This document shows positions 9,420-18,539 of a DNA stretch of 64,000 bases, piece by piece (within the stretch, counting starts at the first letter, position 1; the number at the start of each line of letters is the position of its first letter). The position numbers and the translations under genes were made by a program. The stretch is from a virus, in the IMG/VR virus record IMGVR_UViG_3300023084_000010, positions 1-64,000 of that record. The stretch is one strand, 5' to 3'. The notes under the pieces were generated by a model. That model was not told the DNA's origin, made no database searches, and worked only from the letters and a program-made list of their open reading frames with translations.

Positions 9420-9706
9420 TTCATACTTTCTATTGCTAGTTTTGCAGTTAGCATAACATTTTTATTTTTGAAAGTCAACACCAAATACTGCTCAAATGAA
9501 CTAGAAGCGGTTTCTCCTGTTCCATACTCAAAACTTTTCCAAGTAAAATCTTTTCCATATTCTAGTCCGAGTTGTCCTAGTATATTGCTTACACGTGCAA
9601 GTGCATCGACAGGTGTATATCCTGCATTAAGAGCACCGCCCCCACCAGATAAATGATTGGGGCGGTTACTCAATTTGTTAACTGAAATTTCCAGTTTATT
9701 GTTCAC
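9416..9706 (-). CDS. hypothetical protein
   Basis: ORF between yhhQ and PRTase; probable GTG start at 9706. Confidence 0.55.
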   Translation of the reverse strand: MNNKLEISVNKLSNRPNHLSGGGGALNAGYTPVDALARVSNILGQLGLEYGKDFTWKSFEYGTGETASSSFEQYLVLTFKNKNVMLTAKLAIESMK

Positions 9707-10286
9707 GCAGTTTACCACTAATTGCTTTGAGTAATAAACCGTATGCTGGAAGGAATACAATTAGACCTACTACAATTTTTAGTACTGTTTGTGATCCTGC
9801 AATCTCCATCCAATGTGCAGCCATATATTCATCTGCGCTGTTGTGGAAAGCAACTGCAAAGAATGTGTAACTGTCAATTACGTTTGCAACAACAGTTGAT
9901 AGTGCAGGTGCAGCCCACCATGCTTTGTAGTTTTCACGTATCCATTGGAACACGTAAACATCAAGCATTGCTCCAACTGCGTATGCAGTAGCACTTGCAA
10001 AACCAATACGTAGTGCAACACTCATTGGTGCGCCTTCTAGCATTACTACTAAAATGCTACCAATAATTGCTAGTGGATATGCATATGCAATTGTTGATCT
10101 TGCAGTTTCTTTACCAAGAAGTCTTACTGTAAGATCAGTAGCAACAATAACAATTGGGAACGTAAACGCTGCCCATGTTAATTTAACACCAAAGATTTCT
10201 ACTGGAATCCCTACTAGTGCGTTTGAAATAGTAATAACAATAACATGCAATAATGCAAGTTTCATTACTAAACTTTTATTTGTCAT
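9696..10286 (-). CDS. yhhQ: preQ0/preQ1 transporter (YhhQ/Vut_1 family)
   Basis: Multi-TM protein with ISNAL, TWAAFTFP...TDLTVR..G and STVVANVIDS motifs; adjacent to folE. Confidence 0.9.
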   Translation of the reverse strand: MTNKSLVMKLALLHVIVITISNALVGIPVEIFGVKLTWAAFTFPIVIVATDLTVRLLGKETARSTIAYAYPLAIIGSILVVMLEGAPMSVALRIGFASATAYAVGAMLDVYVFQWIRENYKAWWAAPALSTVVANVIDSYTFFAVAFHNSADEYMAAHWMEIAGSQTVLKIVVGLIVFLPAYGLLLKAISGKLREQ

Positions 10287-10297
10287 AATTTTCTCCT

Positions 10298-10984
10298 TCA
10301 ACGTGGCGCAAATTCTTGTTGTAGTTTAATGTTGTCAAAGAATTCTTTCTTTGTTCCCATGTCTTTATTAAATGCGCCGTGCAGCACACTAGTTTGTGTT
10401 AAACTAGAATGTGCCATAATGCCTCTGTTTTCACAACAGCCGTGTGTAGCTTGTACGTATACGCCTACGTCTCCGCTACCTGTAGCTTTCATGATTTCTT
10501 TAGCAATATCGTTAGCAAGTTCTTCTTGTAGTGTTCCACGTCTAGCACACCATTGTGCCAAACGAGTGTACTTGCTAAGTCCAATCAGTTTTTGTGCAGC
10601 AATAATACCGATGTATGCTACACCAGTTACTGGTTGGTGATGATGCGAACACATACTACGTAGTTCGCTTCTAACAACTAGCATGCCTTCATAACGATCA
10701 TTGCTGTCATTAGGGAAACTAGTTGCACTAGGGCGAGGATCATATCGTCCGCCCATAATCTCATTAATATACATTTTAGCAAGTCTGCGTCCGGTATCCA
10801 TACTGTTTGGATCGTTGTGTCTATCGATTACCAAACTGTCTAGTACACTTTCGAACTTGCCTGTAAGTTCTTCGATAAGTTCTTCCTTATCACCATTTTG
10901 CATAACTTCGCTAATGTTATCACCTGCCCAATAGCGGATGCCTGCATCATCGAGTCGTGCTTTTAATTGTTCGCTTTTTGCCAT
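10298..10984 (-). CDS. folE: GTP cyclohydrolase I
   Basis: SMCSHH, IGLSK, LQE and HGC...RG motifs. Confidence 0.95.
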   Translation of the reverse strand: MAKSEQLKARLDDAGIRYWAGDNISEVMQNGDKEELIEELTGKFESVLDSLVIDRHNDPNSMDTGRRLAKMYINEIMGGRYDPRPSATSFPNDSNDRYEGMLVVRSELRSMCSHHHQPVTGVAYIGIIAAQKLIGLSKYTRLAQWCARRGTLQEELANDIAKEIMKATGSGDVGVYVQATHGCCENRGIMAHSSLTQTSVLHGAFNKDMGTKKEFFDNIKLQQEFAPR

Positions 10985-11033
10985 TATATTCTCCTAGTTA
11001 TACACGGCGAGACGTGTTATATTCAATATACTT

Positions 11034-11234
11034 TTATGCAAAGTATTTGTCAAGCATTTCAAGGACATCGTCATACTTTGCAATTTCCATAATTTCCATT
11101 TCCATTGCTTCAATAATGTCCGGGTGTTCACCAATTCCTGTAGTATTATTTAGGTAAACTTCTACATTTGCCTTATGTTTATCTACGTGTCCTTTAGCAT
11201 GACTACGTAGTGCTTCTAATAGAATCTCACGCAT
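11034..11234 (-). CDS. small phage protein (GIGEH motif)
   Basis: 66 aa, NVEVYL....GIGEHPD pattern. Confidence 0.7.
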   Translation of the reverse strand: MREILLEALRSHAKGHVDKHKANVEVYLNNTTGIGEHPDIIEAMEMEIMEIAKYDDVLEMLDKYFA

Positions 11235-12327
11235 TTACTATTTCCTTTCCTTCAATTTTATCATATAATTTACTGCCACTAAAAAATTTGTTATGCAATT
11301 CTGCTGCATTACTATTTAGGTAATTACTATAGTTTTTATGATTTTGCATATACTTACGAATACGCTCTATAACTTTACCTTTATGTTTTTGATAACTATC
11401 CCATGACTCTGTCCATTCACTTGGATATCTAAATTCCTCATCATACATTTCTGTATAACTTAAACGATCTGGAACCATCGGAATAGCACCTACTAACATA
11501 CCTTCAAATGCACTAATACCTAGTGTTTCTTGCAGGTTAGCACTAAACACAATCTTAGCTTCTCCTAGTATATTATGATATTCATTTTTAGTTAGTTGTT
11601 TTTCCTGACAAACAATAAACTCGTATTCAGTAAGTTCTTTTTTTAGATCATTAAAAATTTCTAACTGTTTCTCAGGAGCAAGCCTGTGTGGAAATACAAT
11701 AGTGTCACGTTTTTCCATATTTTTATATGGAAGCATTGTATCACGTAAGTATTCCATTGGCCATCCTACAATACTAACGTTGTCTTGTTCCATAAACCAT
11801 TCTGCAGGTTCGAGACCAAACATTGTTTTAAACTCTAGCAAATTCTCTGCAAATATTTTAGCATGAAACTCTGTAGCAAAGAAGTTGTCATCAAATACAT
11901 GAAACATACTTTTCTCTGCATAACGTACCCAAGGTTTATTACCTATAAGTCTTCCTAAAAAATCTTGAGGATCATAGCTACCAGCATGCCACATACCACC
12001 AATAGTGATTTGAACACCTAATAGCTCTGCCATATACTTGAGTTGGATAACTGTAGGATTCCAAGCATCTGTGTATAAGAAATAGTCTCCGTCTTTAATT
12101 TCTCCGTTGCAAAACATTTCGCCTATTGTTTCAAGTTGTTTAGACTTGTAAACATTAGTACCGCCGAAATTAAGAAAAGCGCCAGGTGTAGTAGCTTGCG
12201 GAGTTTCACCTCCGCTAATAACTACTACATTATCTGTACGCTTTTGTAGTTGCTTAGGTAGATAATCTTTCCACTGTTTAGTATATCGAGTATCTACTGC
12301 TTCGATGTCAACTATATATACAGTCAT
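11227..12327 (-). CDS. GT-B (GT4-like) glycosyltransferase
   Basis: FPHRLAPEK, QETLGISAFEG (Ex7E) and P.VPDRLSY.E motifs. Confidence 0.85.
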   Translation of the reverse strand: MTVYIVDIEAVDTRYTKQWKDYLPKQLQKRTDNVVVISGGETPQATTPGAFLNFGGTNVYKSKQLETIGEMFCNGEIKDGDYFLYTDAWNPTVIQLKYMAELLGVQITIGGMWHAGSYDPQDFLGRLIGNKPWVRYAEKSMFHVFDDNFFATEFHAKIFAENLLEFKTMFGLEPAEWFMEQDNVSIVGWPMEYLRDTMLPYKNMEKRDTIVFPHRLAPEKQLEIFNDLKKELTEYEFIVCQEKQLTKNEYHNILGEAKIVFSANLQETLGISAFEGMLVGAIPMVPDRLSYTEMYDEEFRYPSEWTESWDSYQKHKGKVIERIRKYMQNHKNYSNYLNSNAAELHNKFFSGSKLYDKIEGKEIVNA

Positions 12328-12647
12328 TAAGCTGCCTTAGGTTGATACACACCTACGTGAATTTTAAGTTTCTTAGGGCTACGTTCAGCACTAAGTTTTA
12401 CACTTACATCGTAAGTAATTGCAGTGTCACGAATCATTCCTTGAATGTCGTAACTTTGAATTAAATTAGCATATTTAAGATCACTTAAATATAAGTTAAA
12501 CAAACGACGAACAGTTTCTTCACTGCCTCGATTTGTCGCTAGTACACCGTCATATGGTTCGATAATCTTAATAAGATCCCACTTAACGTCATTTACACTT
12601 ACACGCCCTTGACGAACGTCACGAATATCAGTTGCTACATTATTCAT
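12327..12647 (-). CDS. hypothetical protein
   Basis: ORF coupled (TAATG) to glycosyltransferase; start uncertain. Confidence 0.65.
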   Translation of the reverse strand: MNNVATDIRDVRQGRVSVNDVKWDLIKIIEPYDGVLATNRGSEETVRRLFNLYLSDLKYANLIQSYDIQGMIRDTAITYDVSVKLSAERSPKKLKIHVGVYQPKAA

Positions 12648-13074
12648 AGCTGCATGTTGCTCCGTTTTCATTATCCTCGCTTACAGTAATTGTCATTTTG
12701 CGATTAGGATATTTGTTGTTAATTGCTTCTGCAAGATCATCACAAATCATCTCACAGGATTTAAAGTCAAGTTGCAGAGTATTTTCTGCATAAAGTTTTT
12801 CTAACCAGCGTTTAAACTGGATAAATTCAATGTCTCGATCGTCGTGGAATACTTCAATCTCAACTTTAAAATGAAACATATGACGATGAACATAACCTAA
12901 GAAACTTACGTCATACTCGTCACCAGTTGCAAGATTGGGATCATCTATTGCTGCAGGATACTTGTGTAACCCTTCTTTTTGAAAGGTGACCCAAATATTT
13001 GTTTTTGTTTTATTCATTTTGTTATCTTCCTCACGCATACGCCGAAGCATATATTCGTAATAACGTTCTTGCAT
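12640..13074 (-). CDS. QueD-like T-fold protein (DpdL-like, LxxxHRHxF)
   Basis: EGLH, LGYVHRHMF, SCEMI and VSEDNEN motifs; lacks canonical QueD CxxxHGH. Confidence 0.75.
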   Translation of the reverse strand: MQERYYEYMLRRMREEDNKMNKTKTNIWVTFQKEGLHKYPAAIDDPNLATGDEYDVSFLGYVHRHMFHFKVEIEVFHDDRDIEFIQFKRWLEKLYAENTLQLDFKSCEMICDDLAEAINNKYPNRKMTITVSEDNENGATCSYE

Positions 13075-13253
13075 TATTTGTCTTCAGTATCAGTATCAAT
13101 AACTGATAGTTTTTTCTCAACTCTCTGCATGATTTGCATCATTTCCCATAACTTCCAATCCATTGTTTTTGCAAGTTCATAAAACGATTCCATAGATGCT
13201 TCTTCAGTTTTTTCTTCTACAGGTTCGTCAATAACACGAATTTTCTTAACCAT
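13074..13253 (-). CDS. small hypothetical protein (59 aa, not in ORF track)
   Basis: MVKKIRVIDEP...MDWKLWE; TAATG coupling. Confidence 0.65.
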   Translation of the reverse strand: MVKKIRVIDEPVEEKTEEASMESFYELAKTMDWKLWEMMQIMQRVEKKLSVIDTDTEDK

Positions 13254-13428
13254 TTTTTATTTCCTTTTTAACGGTTTCAATTTGTTCTTTTAGTTTAAGT
13301 TTTTGCTTCTTAAGACTTTTTATACTTAATTCAGCATTAGTATGTTTATACAACTGTTCTATTTCTTTGTCAAGTGTTCTGTGTTTCTTTTCCAAACTTT
13401 TTAACAGTTGTGTTTTTTCTCGGGGCAT
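13246..13428 (-). CDS. DUF465/YdcH-like small coiled-coil protein
   Basis: L...H..LD.EI...LKKQKLKLKEQI pattern. Confidence 0.65.
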   Translation of the reverse strand: MPREKTQLLKSLEKKHRTLDKEIEQLYKHTNAELSIKSLKKQKLKLKEQIETVKKEIKNG

Positions 13429-13834
13429 TTTCTACTCTTTCCCTTAGATCACTTGTACTGAATCTGTGATCTCTTTTATTAAAGTACAGTTCAATACCAC
13501 GCTTACGACAAATTTCTTTGCCAGTAAAATCTTTTTCACGATATTCTTCGCCTAGTATACGCATATCGATGTGATACATTGTTAAAATATCAATCAGATC
13601 TTGTTCAGTTTCATATGGGACAATTTCATCTACATATTCTACTGCGCTCAGTTGTGCATAACGCTCAACTAAACTTTGCACAGGCTTATTTTTTTCACCT
13701 GGTCTATCAATAGTCGGATCGGTTTGGAGACCGACTATCAAATAATCGCAATGTTCTTTTGCTTCACGTAACATAATAATATGTCCTGCATGAAGCAAGT
13801 CAAATGTACTACATGTAAAGCCTACTTTAGTCAA
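13370..13834 (-). CDS. glycerol-3-phosphate cytidylyltransferase-like (TagD family)
   Basis: TFDLLHAGH (HxGH), LIVGLQTD, ER...L and STS motifs. Confidence 0.88.
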   Translation of the reverse strand: MTKVGFTCSTFDLLHAGHIIMLREAKEHCDYLIVGLQTDPTIDRPGEKNKPVQSLVERYAQLSAVEYVDEIVPYETEQDLIDILTMYHIDMRILGEEYREKDFTGKEICRKRGIELYFNKRDHRFSTSDLRERVENAPRKNTTVKKFGKETQNT

Positions 13835-14340
13835 ACTACTGTATCTCCTACATATTCACGCCAGTCTGTGTAGACTTTGCGTTTTTGTAATTCATGTAAA
13901 TTATGACACCAAACACCTGGATTACTATGTCCCCATGTTGTATCATCTAGTTTAAGTGTTGCATTATAATTGAACTGTTTAATGTATGGAAGTTTAACAC
14001 TTATCATACTAATATAGTTATCATATTCGTCAAACCCACATTCAAGTACATTAGATGCATGTTCTACACCAAAGTCCAATGTACACCAGTAACCTTCTTT
14101 AAGTAAAGGTGTAATCATATTTACCCAAAGTTCATATTCTTCCCAATTGTTAGGATTAAAACTTTGACTTGTACCAAAGTACAAGTGTTTAATTTTATGT
14201 TCATCTGCTTTTTGTGCAATTTCTTTAGAATCTCGAACACCAACTACGAACAGTGTTTTTTCACCTTTCATGCAAGTGTTTTCAATTTCAGTACCAATAA
14301 AGTAAACTACGTCTTGGCGTTCGTCTGTATTTAATCCCAT
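13831..14340 (-). CDS. hypothetical protein within the modification cluster
   Basis: F.G.E.E.T...G..TLFV, HLYFG and KLDD...SNPGVW motifs. Confidence 0.75.
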   Translation of the reverse strand: MGLNTDERQDVVYFIGTEIENTCMKGEKTLFVVGVRDSKEIAQKADEHKIKHLYFGTSQSFNPNNWEEYELWVNMITPLLKEGYWCTLDFGVEHASNVLECGFDEYDNYISMISVKLPYIKQFNYNATLKLDDTTWGHSNPGVWCHNLHELQKRKVYTDWREYVGDTVV

Positions 14341-15224
14341 TTGATATAACCTCTGCTATAGCCTTCAGGTCGATTAACTGCATCTTCAAAGGCTTGTTTC
14401 CATTCATTATCACGATTATAACCTTTAGTCCAAATATTGTCAAGGTTTAATTTATTTGTTTCTTGCCATGTTACTGCTACATTCAATGCTTGTATAAAAC
14501 TAACAGCACGTGGACTTGGAAAATGCATTGTTACATTATTCCATAACCAACTACTAAAATTTGTCATAACCATATCGGCTTTTTCGGCTGCCATAATTAC
14601 AAGTCCGTTTGGTGCAACTTCTACTCTCATAAGTCTACTAGTATCACTTAAATCAATTACAACATCGTATTCAGTTGTATCAACGTCAGACATAAGCAAA
14701 TCGCCCCAATAGTCTGCATTACTATGTCCTACTACAGTAATATCGTCGTACTCTAGTTTGACAATTTTCATTGTTTGATGTACAACACGAGCTAAAAACC
14801 CTGTACCTAATATAAGAACTTTGCCGCCTTCACGTCTGCGTAAGTCTTCTAAACTATTTAGAATTACATTAATACCACATGCAACAGGTTCTGCAATGTA
14901 TTTAGGATCTAATTCAGGAACATTTACATAAGTGCCTTCTCGAGCAACATAGTAGTCTGCATATGCAGGCTCTCCACGTGTTGCAACATACTCTCCTGTT
15001 GCTGTGTTGATACCTAATCCTTCGTGTCCGTGCATATGTGCAGGTAACAGCTGGAAGTCACCTTGCATCATTGCAACATCACTGCGACACACTCCAGTCA
15101 TAACTGCTTTGACTAGTATGTCGCCTTTATTTAATTCTGGGATTACGTAAGTAGTTTCATAAAATGCACCTTGCCCATCTGTAGCAAGAGCTCTTACAGT
15201 GTCGCCACATGTCGGTGTATCCAT
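14331..15224 (-). CDS. Zn-dependent medium-chain (polyol/sugar) dehydrogenase
   Basis: GVCRSD, GHEG, EPVAC and GTGFL Rossmann motifs; GGAG RBS before ATG 15224. Confidence 0.85.
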   Translation of the reverse strand: MDTPTCGDTVRALATDGQGAFYETTYVIPELNKGDILVKAVMTGVCRSDVAMMQGDFQLLPAHMHGHEGLGINTATGEYVATRGEPAYADYYVAREGTYVNVPELDPKYIAEPVACGINVILNSLEDLRRREGGKVLILGTGFLARVVHQTMKIVKLEYDDITVVGHSNADYWGDLLMSDVDTTEYDVVIDLSDTSRLMRVEVAPNGLVIMAAEKADMVMTNFSSWLWNNVTMHFPSPRAVSFIQALNVAVTWQETNKLNLDNIWTKGYNRDNEWKQAFEDAVNRPEGYSRGYIKWD

Positions 15225-16054
15225 AGATCCATCTCCTTTTGATGTTTCCAAAAATTATCGTTTTTCCAATTATCAATTGCAGCGTTAATCATATTTTCAT
15301 ATGCACTTTCTGGACACAACGGACCTAGTTCAATCCGTTCGTCGTCAAAATAAATTGCAAAATCATCTGTTGTTTTACTTCTCCAATTAGAGTATATCTC
15401 AAAATTTTGATATGTCAATAAACAATAGTCATCTACATCATATACACCATTTTCAATTACATCACCATAGTCACTATCTGTTAGGTCATCTAATGTCCAG
15501 TTCTGTTTTAGAGATGTTTGTGTTCTAACTGAATGTTTCCAAGTTGGATATAGTAACTGATAGATGCTCAGTAAGTGTGGAGTTAAGTCTCTACTGACAC
15601 CGCCATATGCTAGTTTTTTATTAGTAAACCAGCTACCCGGACGTGGTACTCTGTTACTGTTAACCCAACAAATTTTTATATTTTCTGCGGAACTTGCACG
15701 TTGTTTTAGTTCTTCTATCTCTGCGTCTGACCATCTGTGTTGATTATTTTTGGTCATCATAAATCTTGTTGTAGGATTATATGTGCAAAGTTTATTCCAT
15801 TGATCTACATTCTTAACACCGGGCTTTTCTACAAACACAATGTCACTAACTTTAGCTGCAGCATTTGCTAAATCATAATGTGTTGTATTAGGAGTACAAA
15901 TGTGTGCAGTAGCAAATGACTGATCTTCTGGAATTTCAATATAGTCGGCATCTTTGTTGTAAGGATCTACGTATACAATATCCCAACCTAAGCGTTCGTA
16001 TATGCTACCATATACTGCTTTACCAAATCCCATGCCGACTATAAGTGTTTTCAT
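15194..16054 (-). CDS. Gfo/Idh/MocA-family NAD(P) oxidoreductase
   Basis: IVGMGFG, ICTPN.TH, VEKP and GGV..DL.PH motifs. Confidence 0.88.
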   Translation of the reverse strand: MKTLIVGMGFGKAVYGSIYERLGWDIVYVDPYNKDADYIEIPEDQSFATAHICTPNTTHYDLANAAAKVSDIVFVEKPGVKNVDQWNKLCTYNPTTRFMMTKNNQHRWSDAEIEELKQRASSAENIKICWVNSNRVPRPGSWFTNKKLAYGGVSRDLTPHLLSIYQLLYPTWKHSVRTQTSLKQNWTLDDLTDSDYGDVIENGVYDVDDYCLLTYQNFEIYSNWRSKTTDDFAIYFDDERIELGPLCPESAYENMINAAIDNWKNDNFWKHQKEMDLWIHRHVATL

Positions 16055-17568
16055 TATACTGCCTCAAATAAACTGTTAAATTGTGCACTAGTATTAACAG
16101 TTTTCTTTCCTACTGCACCACGTGTACCAACAACCATCATCCAAAGTTTTTCATGGTCATCAATCATTTTAAGTGCTTTTTCTTTATCGTCAAGTTCAAA
16201 GATACGTGCAATTACGTCTTTAACTTCTGTACGATCAAAACGGTTATCAACTAACATACTAGGATAATCTCCTGCATCATATGCTCTGTTTGCAGCTTGT
16301 ACGCTATTGATATGTGTATAAGTGTTATGATTCATCATAAGCATATAAGCAAAACTATCCCAAGATGTTTTAGTTTCTGTGCCCATTCTATTTGTATCGC
16401 CTGGCGCATAACAACAAATATCATTTACTTTTAGACCTTCACTTAGTGGTGTAGGCATCCACGTATGTCCGTACTGTGCACAATGTTGTGTTGCATAGTC
16501 ATCATACGATGTAGTATTTGTTGCAAGTTGACGATCATCAAATGCATCTCCCATCATATAACTCCACTTGCCATTATGATCTAGTCTATGTCCTGTGTAG
16601 AACTGTCCATTTGCAGTACATAAAAACGGACTTGCACAGTCAAATGTGATAGTAAAGTTTTCGTTATGATTCTTACGTACACCACGTTGTATTGCTGTAA
16701 GCACAAGTGCCCATTCTAGTTTACTTGTGCCCAAGAAGTGCATTACATCATGATAACCTTTTTCTAGCAATCCATCAAAACGTAGTTCAACTACACGTTT
16801 TAGTGCTAAATGAATATCACACATGTTTTGTCCACCCATTGCCCAGCCGTTAAAGTGTGCATCTGGATATTTTTTAGGATCACAATAGTGTTTCATTTGC
16901 GAATACCAATCGTCTGCTTGTGCAAAGTTTTCACCTTGTAGTACGTTTAAGAACTTACAGTCACCGCTACGATTGTTAATAAAGTATTCGTTGTTTTCTT
17001 GTGTGCCTTCTACTGCTTCTTGATAGCTACCAATTTTACTTGCTGCAGCGCCATCTGGCGAACGACTTACCCATGCTGGAATATCAAGTATCATTCCATA
17101 GTCCATAAAGGCATCCATCCAACGTAGTACGCCTTCACGTTTCTTTTGTGCTTGTGGACAGCCACTACCTTTGCGCCAGTCGCCTTCCCATTTGCCTTTA
17201 CCAATTTGGAAGCCACCTGAGTCTCCTAGCAACCAACTAGCTGAACGATCTCTTACACGATATTGATCTTCACGGTACATATCTTTGTTTAAGTCTAGAC
17301 TAGCGTGTCCTGCAGAGTGCAAACTCCATTTGTATTGCCATAGTCCTTGATTGTCTAACCAATTGAGACTTTCAACACCGTTAGTTAAATGACTTGGGAT
17401 ACGATTTAAGTCAATGTAAGGAGTACCAGAGCCTTTTTTGTTTTCGTCAAATGGCTCTAGTCCTCGTCGCTGTCTACCCACAAACAGTGCATAGAATGTA
17501 CTAAGTGCAGGCAAGAAAATAGCAAAGTCGTCTTGTCTGTCTGTTAAGTTTGTTGGTAGTTGTGTCAT
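16054..17568 (-). CDS. TGT-fold guanine transglycosylase (DpdA-like, DNA deazaguanine insertion)
   Basis: DSGGFQ, LDIP, VLQG, AMGG, HFLG and TFDCAS motifs in TGT order; context of folE/queE and replisome genes. Confidence 0.82.
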   Translation of the reverse strand: MTQLPTNLTDRQDDFAIFLPALSTFYALFVGRQRRGLEPFDENKKGSGTPYIDLNRIPSHLTNGVESLNWLDNQGLWQYKWSLHSAGHASLDLNKDMYREDQYRVRDRSASWLLGDSGGFQIGKGKWEGDWRKGSGCPQAQKKREGVLRWMDAFMDYGMILDIPAWVSRSPDGAAASKIGSYQEAVEGTQENNEYFINNRSGDCKFLNVLQGENFAQADDWYSQMKHYCDPKKYPDAHFNGWAMGGQNMCDIHLALKRVVELRFDGLLEKGYHDVMHFLGTSKLEWALVLTAIQRGVRKNHNENFTITFDCASPFLCTANGQFYTGHRLDHNGKWSYMMGDAFDDRQLATNTTSYDDYATQHCAQYGHTWMPTPLSEGLKVNDICCYAPGDTNRMGTETKTSWDSFAYMLMMNHNTYTHINSVQAANRAYDAGDYPSMLVDNRFDRTEVKDVIARIFELDDKEKALKMIDDHEKLWMMVVGTRGAVGKKTVNTSAQFNSLFEAV

Positions 17569-18300
17569 TTACTTACTTTGTGCTGGAAGGATATATTCGT
17601 ATACCGCTAGTCCATTGTCTACTTCAATCATTGCTGCGCCCATATCACTAAACTTCATAGTAATATCGCCTGTTAAGTTAAGAATATTCATAACTTCACT
17701 TACAGGATATTTCCAACTTTGATTTAAATTACCGCCAACGCCTGGCTGGAATACAAAGTTACCTGTGTGACCACTGTCATCACCGAAGAAGAATTTTAGA
17801 TCACCATCTTCTACTTTAGCAACAAACAAACTTTCTTCGCTATTAGCTTGTGCTTGCATTTTAAAGCGAGCAACACTTGCACTGTGTGGCTGTACTTCTA
17901 CATCCCAATTAGCACCTTTAAAACGTACACTTGCTAGTTTTTCTTCCATTAGTTCTTTTTGCATAAAGCGGAAGTCGTTTTTAAAGTCGCCTGTTGCGTT
18001 TTCAAACTTCATACTAAACGGTTCTTGTTCACCGTTACGTTCACGTGTGTTAACAGTGATGTTTGCATTTTCCTTGTATTCAGGAATGTTAAGTAGAATG
18101 TTTAGTTTGCTCAAGTTAGGCATACCAAATGTGCCATCTAATCCTGGAATAGCACTCTTATACTTTGCTTTAACAACAACAAAGTTATTGTCGTCTTTAG
18201 CTTCGATTTCTGTTGCAGCACTGTCGCTAACAACTTTAACTGCTTCGATGTTTCCTACACCGTGTGTATGTTTTACAATATCGAGTAGATAATCTCTCAT
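17569..18300 (-). CDS. sliding clamp (gp45-like)
   Basis: 243 aa, beta-rich two-domain pattern, FG..NL.KL..LL, C-terminal YEYILPA; next to PolB. Confidence 0.7.
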   Translation of the reverse strand: MRDYLLDIVKHTHGVGNIEAVKVVSDSAATEIEAKDDNNFVVVKAKYKSAIPGLDGTFGMPNLSKLNILLNIPEYKENANITVNTRERNGEQEPFSMKFENATGDFKNDFRFMQKELMEEKLASVRFKGANWDVEVQPHSASVARFKMQAQANSEESLFVAKVEDGDLKFFFGDDSGHTGNFVFQPGVGGNLNQSWKYPVSEVMNILNLTGDITMKFSDMGAAMIEVDNGLAVYEYILPAQSK

Positions 18301-18539
18301 ATGTTTTTCCTTTTTATTAACTGTACGTTATAACTGCCTTGTGTGCGAGTATTAAATTTGTAGTTTCTTACAAATCTATTTAGGTGGAGCCATGTTTCAA
18401 TTTCGTTACGTATCATTCCTTGTCCACAAATAATTTCACAAGATTTATAGTTATCATAATAACACTCTTGCAAGAACCTGTCAACCATTTTCCATGCAAC
18501 ATGTATATGATAACCATGTAAATCTAAACTTCGCTTCAT
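18297..18539 (-). CDS. stand-alone Smr-domain protein
   Basis: LDLHG and IICGQG motifs. Confidence 0.8.
   Translation of the reverse strand: MKRSLDLHGYHIHVAWKMVDRFLQECYYDNYKSCEIICGQGMIRNEIETWLHLNRFVRNYKFNTRTQGSYNVQLIKRKNI

Noticed and set aside
10985-11033. Hairpin upstream of folE as a preQ1 riboswitch
   Set aside because: Only a 5-bp ACACG/CGTGT stem. I cannot see the preQ1-I loop consensus or A-rich tail; an Infernal search would be needed.
16054-17568. Ordinary tRNA-guanine transglycosylase for queuosine
   Set aside because: Lacks the C-terminal CxCxxC Zn site of bacterial Tgt, is longer, and sits in the replisome operon. A DNA substrate is more likely but unproven.
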